A DNA stretch of 64,000 nucleotides from positions 1-64,000 of the forward strand of contig BTVV01000015.1 in NCBI GenBank assembly GCA_045863855.1. Reading direction: 5' to 3'. Shown piece by piece: positions 29,427 to 38,272 of this stretch (positions are counted from its first letter, which is position 1; each line of letters starts with the position of its first letter). Both the position numbers and the translations under genes were made by a program. This DNA is from Planctomycetota bacterium (lineage in GTDB: Bacteria; Planctomycetota; SZUA-567; H5-PLA8). The notes below the pieces were generated by a model. That model did not search any database. It was not told the origin of the DNA and saw only the letters and a list, made by a program, of their open reading frames with translations.

Positions 29427-30287
29427 ATGTTGTCTTACAAACCTTTGTTGAAGCTGATGTTGTGTGCATGTTTAGGCGCCGGGACGGTATGGGCGCAAGA
29501 GGGCGGAGGGCTGAAAGCTCCGGCGGAGACCTACGATTGGGCGACGCCTATGAAGGAGGTCGCCAAGAAGTTCAGCGGGACGCAGGGCGTGTACTTGCTG
29601 GTGGGGGATTCGATCACGTACGCGAATCCGAACACGCAGTACTGCCGCTACGGGCAGGGCCAGTCGCCGGCCGAGAAGGCATTCTTGAAGTGGGCTCATG
29701 CGGGCGAGAAGAACGACAGCGACGGGTTTCATCTGGCTTCGGCGGATGCGGCGGGCGGGCGGAGCCACACGGCGGTGAGCGGTATTCGCGCCGACGAGTC
29801 GCTGAAAGGCGGCAAGGCGGGCATCCCGGCGCTGGATGCGTTGATCAAGAAGTACAATCCGCAGCTTGTGCTGTACATGCTGGGGACGAACGATCTTTCG
29901 GGCAACCGTCCGGTGGCGCAGTACATCGCGGACGTGGAGAAGGCGATGGATCTGTTCCTCGCGAACGGGACGGTGCCGATTCTCTCGACGCTCCCGCCGC
30001 ACAAGCACCGCCTGGAAGCCTGCGAAGCGTACAACACGGCGTTGCGGCAACTGGCCGAGAAGAAGAAGATCCCGCTGCTGGATTTGAACGCGGAGATGAA
30101 GGCGCGGGCGGGCGACGGCTACATGGATGCGTACCTCGATAAGGACGGGATTCATTTGAGCGTCAACGGAATCGCGGCCGGTCCTTCGACGGAAGAGAAT
30201 CTGAAGAAGAGCGGCTATCTGCTGCGCGGGTACACGACGGTGCAGAAGGGGATGATCGTGAAGGCGCAGGTCTTCGACGCGAAGTAA
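29427..30287 (+). CDS. Secreted SGNH/GDSL hydrolase
   Basis: Signal peptide, GDSIT, GTND, DGIH. GGAGG upstream. Confidence 0.85.
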   Translation: MLSYKPLLKLMLCACLGAGTVWAQEGGGLKAPAETYDWATPMKEVAKKFSGTQGVYLLVGDSITYANPNTQYCRYGQGQSPAEKAFLKWAHAGEKNDSDGFHLASADAAGGRSHTAVSGIRADESLKGGKAGIPALDALIKKYNPQLVLYMLGTNDLSGNRPVAQYIADVEKAMDLFLANGTVPILSTLPPHKHRLEACEAYNTALRQLAEKKKIPLLDLNAEMKARAGDGYMDAYLDKDGIHLSVNGIAAGPSTEENLKKSGYLLRGYTTVQKGMIVKAQVFDAK

Positions 30288-30314
30288 GCCTTTTCGGTCA
30301 AGGCTTTAAGGAAG

Positions 30315-30372
30315 GCGCTTCGCGCGGTTGGTTCTGCTCACCTCTCCTTGCCCCACCTTGGCAAGGAGGGGA
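30315..30372 (+). repeat. REP-like repeat C, copy 2
   Basis: gcgcttcgcgcgg-N11-cacctctccttgccccaccttggcaaggagggga. Confidence 0.75.
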
Positions 30373-30484
30373 GACGGCGAGGTCCGAGGCAAGACTTCGT
30401 AAGACGGTTGCTCTCACCGCTTGACCTGAATCGTCTCTGCCGCGAGCTTATTCCCGGGAGCCTGAGCGCTCCCGGGAGGCTCGC

Positions 30485-30922
30485 GTGCTCAAGAAGCTGA
30501 TCGAACAAACCCAATGGGCGAACGCGCGCTGGATCGCGTTCGTGTACGACCGCGCGCTCGAGGACCGCCCGCGGCGGCTGGTGGCGCATCTGCTGCTGGC
30601 GGAGCGGGCTTGGTTCGACCGGCTGGACGGGCGCGAACCGGGGCCGCTCTTGTTCGCATTGCTGAGCCGGGACGAGTTGGAGCGGATGCAGGAGGCGCAT
30701 CGCGCGCGCTACGCGGAGATCCTGGCGGGCGATTTGAACCGCACGATCGAGTACCGGCGCTTCAACGGCGAGCGCCATGCGTCGCCGGTTTCGGATATCC
30801 TGCTGCATCTGGTCACGCACGCGTTCCATCACCGCGGGCAGCTTTCGAGTTACTATGCCGAGCAGGGCGTGGCGTGCCCGCGGACGGACTTTATCCAGTA
30901 TTGTCGTGCTCCGGAGGCGTGA
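30485..30922 (+). CDS. DinB family protein
   Basis: WAN, AHLLLAE..W, HLVTHAFHHRGQ. Confidence 0.88.
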   Translation: MLKKLIEQTQWANARWIAFVYDRALEDRPRRLVAHLLLAERAWFDRLDGREPGPLLFALLSRDELERMQEAHRARYAEILAGDLNRTIEYRRFNGERHASPVSDILLHLVTHAFHHRGQLSSYYAEQGVACPRTDFIQYCRAPEA

Positions 30923-30999
30923 ATCGGTGCATGTATAGAGAAAGGTGCGGGTGGTCTATACGTTAGTTGTGAAGGGTAGGCCGGATGGAGGTGGGATGC

Positions 31000-32877
31000 A
31001 TGCCGATCCGATTTCATAACCTGCTTTGGTTCATGGTATTATGGGTCGGTTGCAGCGGTTTATGCGCTTGTGCAGCGACGTTGGGGGTGGGGCCGGGCCA
31101 GCCGTACGGCCGGATTATGGATGCTTATAAGGTAGCAAAAGAAGGAGACATGATCGCGGTGCTGCCGCTGCCGAACGGGCAGGGGTACCGGGGCGAGGAA
31201 CTGCAGGTCAAGAAGGCGCGGATCTACTTCAAAGGCATCAAGGGCCCCGACGGCAAGCGGGTGAAGATCGACGGGAAGGGCGTGGACTACAGCGGGCGTG
31301 AGCCGCATCCGCGCGCGATCTTTCAGTTCAATCCCGGGGCCGACGGCTGCGTGCTGGAAGGCTTCGAGTTGTACGACGCGCACAACGGATCGCACAACGG
31401 CGCGGGCGTGCGCGTGAACGCGGCCAACCACGTCACGATTCGCGACTGCGAGATCCACACCTGCGATATGGGCATGATGGCGAACGGTGACGTAAAGACA
31501 CGTACGATGTCGAACTTGCGCGTCGAGTTCTGCCACGTTCACCACAACGGGAACAAAGAAGATCCGGGGCTGAACCACAACTTTTATCTGGGCGGCACGA
31601 GCGTGACGCTGCACGGCTGCGAGGTGAGCCACCCGGTCACGGGGCATAACGTGAAGAGCCGCGCGCACCACACGCGGGTGGAGTTCTGCTTCGTTCACGA
31701 TTCGCTGAACCGGGAGTTCGATCTGGTGGACGGGCACCAGAACACCGAAGCGCCGAACAGCGACGCGGTGTTGCTGGGGAATCTGATCGTCAAGAGCCCC
31801 ACATGCGACAACGGGACGGTGATCCAGTTCGGGCAGGACGTGGGCAGCCCGCACAACGGCACGATTCACGTCGTCCACAACACGATCGTGACGTATTCGC
31901 GCGCGCCGATCGTGGAGCTTTCGGCTCCGGGGGCAAGCGCGAAGCTGTTCAACAACATCGTCTGGCAGGCCGGTCCTTCGGACAAAGAGCTGCGCATCTC
32001 CGGCGTGCGCGGAGCGATCAAGCCCGAAGCGTTTTCGGGGACGCACAACTGGATGGGGCCGCGGGCCGAGTTTATGGGCGGTTCGAAGCTGACCGCCGAG
32101 GGGAACCACGTGAGCGCGGGCGAGGCGCCGCCCTTCGAGAATCCGGCGGTCTTCGATTACCGGTTGAAGCAGGCGGCGGCGCCGTTCGGTGCGGGCCTGG
32201 CGCTGAAGGACCTCGTGCTTCCGGCGGTGCCCGGCGCTCCGCCGGCGGGGGCGCTGGCGCTGAAGCATTACGTTCATCCGTTGAAGACCGAAGCGCGCAA
32301 GATCGAGGGCGAGCCCGATTTGGGGGCCTTCGAGTCGGGAGCTCAAGCCGGGTTGGCGGTGGCGGCCGCGGCCGCGGCGGCATCTCCCGGCGAAGGGACG
32401 GCCGTGGCGGCGGTAACGCCGGCCGCCAAGCCGGAGGCCGCGCCGGCGAAGCCGGCGGTCGACGAGGCGCGGCAGAAGACGCAGCGGGAACGCTGGAAGG
32501 CGCAGCTCGTGGCGCGCGTGATCGAGGCGATTCAGGCCGGGGCGCATCCGCGGGCGTATTTGCGCATCTTCGGCGATAAGCCGGAAGCGGTGAAGCTGTT
32601 GAGCGCCGACGAGAAGACCCTGCAGCTTTCGTTCAACGGGAACAAGATGCCTTGGACGTGGGCGCAGATCCGCGAGTCCGATCTGCTGGGTTTGATGCAG
32701 GTGGTCTTCGACGAGGCGCGCGCGGGCGATCATTACCTGCTGGGCGCGTTTTTGTGGATGTCCGGGCGGCACGAACCGGCGGACCAGCATTTCGCGCAGG
32801 CGCGGCTTGCGGGGGCCGACGGGGTGGAGGAGGCGCAGGAAGTTTTGCGCACGGTTTTTCCGGCCGCGGCGCATTGA
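31000..32877 (+). CDS. Secreted right-handed beta-helix protein with Ala/Pro linker and C-terminal domain
   Basis: Signal peptide, NGAGVR, HNFYLGG, GHNVKSRA, PDLGAFE. GGAGG before ATG31000. Confidence 0.8.
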   Translation: MPIRFHNLLWFMVLWVGCSGLCACAATLGVGPGQPYGRIMDAYKVAKEGDMIAVLPLPNGQGYRGEELQVKKARIYFKGIKGPDGKRVKIDGKGVDYSGREPHPRAIFQFNPGADGCVLEGFELYDAHNGSHNGAGVRVNAANHVTIRDCEIHTCDMGMMANGDVKTRTMSNLRVEFCHVHHNGNKEDPGLNHNFYLGGTSVTLHGCEVSHPVTGHNVKSRAHHTRVEFCFVHDSLNREFDLVDGHQNTEAPNSDAVLLGNLIVKSPTCDNGTVIQFGQDVGSPHNGTIHVVHNTIVTYSRAPIVELSAPGASAKLFNNIVWQAGPSDKELRISGVRGAIKPEAFSGTHNWMGPRAEFMGGSKLTAEGNHVSAGEAPPFENPAVFDYRLKQAAAPFGAGLALKDLVLPAVPGAPPAGALALKHYVHPLKTEARKIEGEPDLGAFESGAQAGLAVAAAAAAASPGEGTAVAAVTPAAKPEAAPAKPAVDEARQKTQRERWKAQLVARVIEAIQAGAHPRAYLRIFGDKPEAVKLLSADEKTLQLSFNGNKMPWTWAQIRESDLLGLMQVVFDEARAGDHYLLGAFLWMSGRHEPADQHFAQARLAGADGVEEAQEVLRTVFPAAAH

Positions 32878-32921
32878 TTTTTGGGTGCGGAGTGGGCGGT
32901 TCCAGGCGTTGGCGGCTCGAA

Positions 32922-33033
32922 GGCCGGTGTGCCGGCTGCCGCTAGATGACCTGCGGGCGAGACGCCTGCGATACCTGGGCCGGTGTGCCGGCTGCCGCTG
33001 CATGACCTGCGGGCGAGACGCCCGCGATACCTG
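32922..33033. repeat. Two tandem 56-bp REP-like units (repeat D)
   Basis: Units start at 32922 and 32978, each containing gcgggcgagacgccYgcg. Flanked by inverted ggttccagg/cctggaacc. Confidence 0.85.
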
Positions 33034-33148
33034 GAACCGAAAGGCCTTGGCCGAGCGGGTTCCCGACTGGCAAACGGTTCCGAAGCCCCTACACTACCGG
33101 TTTCCGGGGGCGCCGTGGCCTCCTTGCCGCACAACCGAGGTTTCGAAC

Positions 33149-34873
33149 ATGAAGCTGGAGTGGTTTCGCGACCACCAGAACAAGCTCTGGTATATCGTCG
33201 CGCCGTTGGTGATTCTGAGCATGGTGATCTTCATGCCTTCCGGGGCGGAGAACGCCACGGGGAGCGTGGAAGGCCCGAACGGCTGGATGGTGGGGCTGGA
33301 CGGGACGCGGCACGAGTACTCGCCGGTGAAGCTGCTGACGACGCGTCGGATCATCTCGCGCTTCGAAGAACGCGGCGAGGTGCCGACCGAGAGCGCGCTG
33401 CACCACCTGACGCATTTGCAGATCGCGACGGAGATGGGCTTCGAGGCGGGCCCCAAGGAAGTGGCCGATTCGATCCGCGATTTTCTGAAGAAGAAGACGC
33501 AGCGCGAACAGATCAACCCCGAGCTGTACGAGAACTTCCTCAAGCGCCACGAGCTGACGCGTGAGCAGTTCGAAGGCTTCATGCGCGAGCGCGTGCTGAT
33601 CGACAAGTATTTCCGGCTTTCGGTGCAGGTGGCGATTTCCGACCCGTTCCTGTACGTGCGCTATTGCTCGGAGAAGGAAAAGGTCCGGCTGCTTTTCAAG
33701 AGCATCCGCAGCATCGACAAGGCGGGCGCGGTCGAGAAGCCGACGGACGAGGACGTGAGCAAGTACTACGACGAGCAGAAGGGTCTGGAAGCGGGTTCGC
33801 CGGGGGCGCTGTACACCGAGTCCAAACTCGCCGCGGACGTGCTGTTCCTCGAAGCCAAGCAGGTGGACGAGCAGATCAAGCCGGACGACGCCGAACTGGA
33901 GAAGTACTACGAGAAATACCGCACCATCTTCTGGGCGGACGCGGAAAAGGGCGGTTTCAAGCCATTCGCGGACGTCAAGGCGGACGTGCTGGAGCGTTAC
34001 CGGCGCGACAAGCGTTCGGCCAAGGCGAACGAGCTTTTCGAGAAGTGGACGAAGGAACTCGACGCAGAGCTGGCGAAGGTGAAGCCGGAGGCGGGCGCGT
34101 TCGACTGGGCGGGCTTCGCGAAGGCGCGCAGCCTGTCCTACTGGCGCACCAAGCCGCAGACGCAGGAGGCCTACCGTTCGGGCAAGGACGACGTGAACGC
34201 GGAAGATTTCAAGCTGGCGCTGAACCTGTTCCGCCTGGCCGAGCCGGGTCCGGACGAGGAGATGGAAAAGCAGCGCGTGGAAGACCGCAAGAAGCTGCAG
34301 CCGCCGTTGCGCGTGCATCATTTCACCGACAAGGAAGGCTTCGCAGCGCTGCGTCTGGCGGATTTCCAGCCCAGCCGGGTGCAGACGCTGGACGAAGCCA
34401 AGGACGAGATCGTGAAGCGCCTGATCGTGAACCGCTCGATCGACAAGGCGGAGGAAGAGGCCAAGGCGCTGCAGCAGCAATGGGAGGCGGGAACGGATCT
34501 GCCCAAGCCGGAAGACCTGGAAGACGAGGTTTGCGGCCCGGATTCGACGAACACGCTGGCGCGCCGCTTCCGCGCGTCGCCGGTACCTGTGGGGACGATC
34601 CTGCCGGTGGACCAGGACAACGACGCCGAGGCGGCCAAGAACGATCCCAAGACGCGGCACATGGTCTTCCGCGTGGGGTACGTGGCGGAACGCTTCGTGC
34701 CGACGCTGGAAGCCTTCGACCAGGACACGACCTACAACCGCAGCCAGCAGCGCCAGAACATCGATTACTACCAGCGATACGCGCAGCTTGAGGCCGCCGA
34801 GAAGTACCTGTTGAAGCTCGGCAAGCCGGAGAGTTCCCGCGGCATCAAGGACCCGCCGTTGTCCGGGCATTAA
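33149..34873 (+). CDS. SurA-N/PpiD-like membrane-anchored chaperone
   Basis: MKLEWFRDHQ plus TM, PTDEDVSKYY, DAELEKYYE, KPFADVK, TLDEAKDEI patterns. Confidence 0.7.
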   Translation: MKLEWFRDHQNKLWYIVAPLVILSMVIFMPSGAENATGSVEGPNGWMVGLDGTRHEYSPVKLLTTRRIISRFEERGEVPTESALHHLTHLQIATEMGFEAGPKEVADSIRDFLKKKTQREQINPELYENFLKRHELTREQFEGFMRERVLIDKYFRLSVQVAISDPFLYVRYCSEKEKVRLLFKSIRSIDKAGAVEKPTDEDVSKYYDEQKGLEAGSPGALYTESKLAADVLFLEAKQVDEQIKPDDAELEKYYEKYRTIFWADAEKGGFKPFADVKADVLERYRRDKRSAKANELFEKWTKELDAELAKVKPEAGAFDWAGFAKARSLSYWRTKPQTQEAYRSGKDDVNAEDFKLALNLFRLAEPGPDEEMEKQRVEDRKKLQPPLRVHHFTDKEGFAALRLADFQPSRVQTLDEAKDEIVKRLIVNRSIDKAEEEAKALQQQWEAGTDLPKPEDLEDEVCGPDSTNTLARRFRASPVPVGTILPVDQDNDAEAAKNDPKTRHMVFRVGYVAERFVPTLEAFDQDTTYNRSQQRQNIDYYQRYAQLEAAEKYLLKLGKPESSRGIKDPPLSGH

Positions 34874-34903
34874 CGGAAGCCGGGCTCCGGGGAGCGCACT
34901 CCC

Positions 34904-36853
34904 GTGAGCGACCGTTATCAGAAGGTCTTCGAGCAGGCCGGCGCCGGCATGCTGATGCTGGATCTCGAAGGCCGCATCGTGGACTTCAATCCGGCGGCAT
35001 CGCGCCTGATGGGCCGGGCGCGCGGTTCGATGCTGGACCGGTCTTTCGAAAGCTACCTTCAACCGCGCTACCGTCGCGTGTTCCGCGAGCGGCTGAAGCT
35101 GCTCGAACAGCTCGGCCATTTGCTCCTCGACGCGCGCCTGGGCGAAAGCGACGGTGCGGGTCCCGAGGTGGTGCTCGACGCGTCCCTGGTTCCATGGAAA
35201 GACGAACAGTCGGTACTGGTGGTGCTGCGCGAGCTGGCTCGGCTCGAACACCAGGACCATGAAGCGCAATGGCTGCGGCGCGCGCTGGAAGCGCGTTCGG
35301 GGCGCGCGCGGCGCTGGGTTTACCGCGCGGACCGTGAAGGCCGGTTGCATCCGCTGGCCGGATCGGAGAGCGCGGTGCCCGCCTGGGCGGTGGCGCTGGC
35401 GGCCTTGCCCGAAGCGCGGCTTGCGCTGGAGCGCGCGCTGGAAGGAAAATCGGCCGAAGCGCCGGCGCGCTGGTGGCACGCCGACGAGCAGGAGGCCGCG
35501 CGCCCGGAACGCTGGATCGCGCTGGCCTTCTGGCCGGTGGCCGGCGAGCACGGCGTCGTCGACGACGTGCTGGCGGTGGCCGAAGACCGCACCTTCGCCC
35601 GCCTGGCCGACGAAGAAGGCCGTCGGCAGCAGTTGCGCGGCGCGGTGGCGCTCTTCAACGTGACGCTGGTCAACGAATTCAACAACTACCTCGGCGCGAT
35701 CATGGCGCAGGCGTCGGTGCTGCGGCTCTCGGCGACCGGCGGGCGTCTGGCGCCTCCGGCGGTGGGCGCGATCCTGGATGCGGCGGAGGAAGCGGCGGCG
35801 CTGCTGCGGCGTTGCGCCGAAGTCGGTCATCCGGGCAGCGCGGAGTCGCAGACGGTGGACCTCAACGCCGTCGCGGCCGACGCGGTGACGCTGCTGCGGC
35901 ACCAGATGGGCGGGCGGATGGAGATTCGGCTCGATGCGTCCGTGCCGGCGCCGCCGGTGCGCGGTGACGCGGGGCTGCTGGGCGCGATGATCCTGGCGCT
36001 GGGCCGGATGGCGTCGTTCGCGATGCCGGCCGGGGGCACGCTGCAGGTGCGGACGTATGCGGTCGAATCGAGCAGCCCCGCCGCTCCGCCGTGCGCGGGC
36101 CTGGAAATCGCCGACAGCGGGGTGGGGTTGGACCCGGTGGTGCGGGCGGAGGCGCAGAAGGGGCTGGTGCCGTCACCCGCCGCGGGGCTGGGCGATCCGC
36201 TCGATCTGGCGATCGCGCGGGCGGTGATCCGGCGGCACCGCGGGCAGTACGAACTCGATAGCGTGCCCGGCCGCGGGACGACGTGGCGGATCGTCTTGCC
36301 GGGCGAAGAAGCGCGGCCGTTCCAGTCCGCGCCGCTGCCGGCCGCGCGCTTGCCCGCCGACAGCGGCGACGCGGAGCGGCCGCTGCCGCCGGCGTCCCGC
36401 CCGGTTTCGGAAGGCGAGCCATCGGAGTTGCCCGCGGTGCGCGCGTCGGCCGGCGAAGAGAGCAGCGACGGGACGTGGGTGCTGCTGGCCGACGACGAAG
36501 AGATTTTCCGCGACTTCGTGCGCCAGGTGTTGCAGCAGAACGGATACGACGTGGCGATGGCGTCGGACGGGCGGGAGGCGGCGGAGTTGTTCCAGGAGGC
36601 TCCGGAGCGTTACGCGCTGGCGGTGCTGGACGCGTACATGCCGCGGATGGGCGGCCTGGAGGCGTACCTGCGCATGCAGGCGCTGCGCCCCGAATTGCCG
36701 GTGCTTTTCGTCAGCGGTTTCGTGCGCGGCCCTTCGCGGCAGGCGCTGCTGGCTTCGTGCCCGGGCCGCGCGGAGGTGATCTTGAAACCGTTTAGCGAGG
36801 ATCGACTGCTGGACGCGGTGGAGCATATATTGCGTAAGAAGCCGAAGGGATGA
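34904..36853 (+). CDS. PAS, degenerate histidine kinase, receiver hybrid (pseudokinase)
   Basis: N-terminal PAS. H-box reads VNEFNNYLG (no His). G1 box DSGVG. Receiver ADDE...LDAYMP...KP. Confidence 0.85.
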   Translation: MSDRYQKVFEQAGAGMLMLDLEGRIVDFNPAASRLMGRARGSMLDRSFESYLQPRYRRVFRERLKLLEQLGHLLLDARLGESDGAGPEVVLDASLVPWKDEQSVLVVLRELARLEHQDHEAQWLRRALEARSGRARRWVYRADREGRLHPLAGSESAVPAWAVALAALPEARLALERALEGKSAEAPARWWHADEQEAARPERWIALAFWPVAGEHGVVDDVLAVAEDRTFARLADEEGRRQQLRGAVALFNVTLVNEFNNYLGAIMAQASVLRLSATGGRLAPPAVGAILDAAEEAAALLRRCAEVGHPGSAESQTVDLNAVAADAVTLLRHQMGGRMEIRLDASVPAPPVRGDAGLLGAMILALGRMASFAMPAGGTLQVRTYAVESSSPAAPPCAGLEIADSGVGLDPVVRAEAQKGLVPSPAAGLGDPLDLAIARAVIRRHRGQYELDSVPGRGTTWRIVLPGEEARPFQSAPLPAARLPADSGDAERPLPPASRPVSEGEPSELPAVRASAGEESSDGTWVLLADDEEIFRDFVRQVLQQNGYDVAMASDGREAAELFQEAPERYALAVLDAYMPRMGGLEAYLRMQALRPELPVLFVSGFVRGPSRQALLASCPGRAEVILKPFSEDRLLDAVEHILRKKPKG

Positions 36854-36896
36854 GGTATTAGTGGCAAACGGCAGACATCAAGCGGCGGACGTCGGA

Positions 36897-37415
36897 TTAG
36901 CGGTTGGGTTCGGTGTAGCGGCGCAGGAACTGTTTGTAGACGGGCGCGGGGAGGTAGCGCTTGACGACGCTTTCCCATCCGGCGGGTCCGACGAGTCCTT
37001 TGACGAAGCTGGAGGAGATTTCGGCGAGTTCGCGGGGCGGCATCAGGAAGACGGTGGTGAGTGCGGGCGCGAGGTCGTGGTTGACGTGGCGCATGGTCCG
37101 TTCGTATTCGAAGTCTCCGGCGCTGCGGATGCCGCGGACGATGTACTGCGCGCCTGCTTCGCGGGCGAAGTCCACGAGAAAGCGCCGTTCGAAGGTCTCG
37201 ACGCTTACGTTTTTCAATCCGGCGGTGCAGCGCCGCAGGGCGGCGCGGCGTTCGTCGAGAGTGAAGGCGTAGCGCTTGGCGGGGTTGTCGCCGATGGCGA
37301 CGAGGAGGCGGTCGAAGAGCCGCGCGCCCTCGCGGATCATGTAGAGGTGTCCGAGCGTGGCCGGATCGAAGGATCCTGCGTACACGGCCACGCGCCGGGC
37401 GGATTTGTCGGGCAT
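36897..37415 (-). CDS. coaD: Phosphopantetheine adenylyltransferase
   Basis: YAGSFDPATLGH, VRGIR...DFEYE, ISSSFVK. Confidence 0.95.
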   Translation of the reverse strand: MPDKSARRVAVYAGSFDPATLGHLYMIREGARLFDRLLVAIGDNPAKRYAFTLDERRAALRRCTAGLKNVSVETFERRFLVDFAREAGAQYIVRGIRSAGDFEYERTMRHVNHDLAPALTTVFLMPPRELAEISSSFVKGLVGPAGWESVVKRYLPAPVYKQFLRRYTEPNR

Positions 37416-37419
37416 GCGA

Positions 37420-37773
37420 TCAGAACGCCGCCAGCGCGTCCTTCTGTCCGTCGACGACCTGGAAGATCTGGGTCAGTCCGAGCAAGTCGAAGACCTCGCG
37501 GACGTTGCTGGTCGGGCTCATCAGTACGATGTTGCCGTTGTGTTCCTGCGCTTCGGAGAGCGCGCCGATAAAGACGCCCGCGCCAGCGGAGGAGATGTAC
37601 TCGACCTTGGACAGATCGACCACGAGCTTGTAGTGGTTCTGCCCGAACAATTCCGAGATGGTTTCTTCGAGCTGCTCGAAGGTGTGCGCATCCAGGTAGC
37701 CAGCGACCCGAATAATGGTGACGTCGGGTTGCTTCAGCGTCTCGGTCTCAATGGTAAATTCGTCTAGCGCCAT
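37420..37773 (-). CDS. STAS anti-sigma factor antagonist
   Basis: GYLDAHT, VDLSKVEYISSAG, VFDLLGL. Confidence 0.92.
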   Translation of the reverse strand: MALDEFTIETETLKQPDVTIIRVAGYLDAHTFEQLEETISELFGQNHYKLVVDLSKVEYISSAGAGVFIGALSEAQEHNGNIVLMSPTSNVREVFDLLGLTQIFQVVDGQKDALAAF

Positions 37774-37776
37774 CGC

Positions 37777-38265
37777 TTAGGGACTCCTTTTGGCCGGACG
37801 CCTGGGTTTTGTGCTTTTAGCTTTGCCTTGCGAATTGTCAACGAACTTGACCAGCCGCAGCTCGTTGGGAGCGCCGGCTTGGAACGAATAGGTGACCTCG
37901 TCCATGATCCTGCGGATGAGGAAGATGCCGAGGCCGCCTTTGCGCCCGTGGCGGACGTGTTCCTGCAAATCGACGTCGGGCACGGTGCCGGGGTCGAAGG
38001 GCCGGCCGTGGTCGTGTATGCGGACCGTGAAGCTGTCTTCGGCGACGTTCATCAGCACCTTGATCGGCTTCGCTCCGGATAGCTCTTCTTCGTACGCGTG
38101 TTCCATCACGTTGGCGACGGCTTCGTCGACGGCCAAGGCCACGAGCTGCGCCTCGGCCGGCTTGAAGGGGCCGTCGCCCAGCACTTCGAGGACGGCCTTG
38201 CGGACCTCGGCCAGGTAGGCCGTGTCGTTCAGGACCGTCAGTTCTCTTTCTGCCGGCTTGCCCAT
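37777..38265 (-). CDS. RsbW/SpoIIAB-like anti-sigma Ser kinase
   Basis: LAVDEAVANVMEHAY, DHGRPFDP, GGLGIFLIRRIMD. Alternative GTG start at 38271. Confidence 0.92.
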   Translation of the reverse strand: MGKPAERELTVLNDTAYLAEVRKAVLEVLGDGPFKPAEAQLVALAVDEAVANVMEHAYEEELSGAKPIKVLMNVAEDSFTVRIHDHGRPFDPGTVPDVDLQEHVRHGRKGGLGIFLIRRIMDEVTYSFQAGAPNELRLVKFVDNSQGKAKSTKPRRPAKRSP

Positions 38266-38272
38266 GCTCACC

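Noticed and set aside
33089..35902. 937-aa minus-strand ORF, and similar long ORFs such as 46504-49131, 49290-51686, 26943-29252, 2627-4537 and 8626-10707
   Set aside because: Shadow frames of well-supported genes in high-GC DNA, Arg/Ala/Gly-rich with no recognisable motifs.
36863..36890. Heptamer-like run (ggcaaac ggcagac ... ggcggac) at a convergent gene junction
   Set aside because: Too short and degenerate to distinguish from chance.
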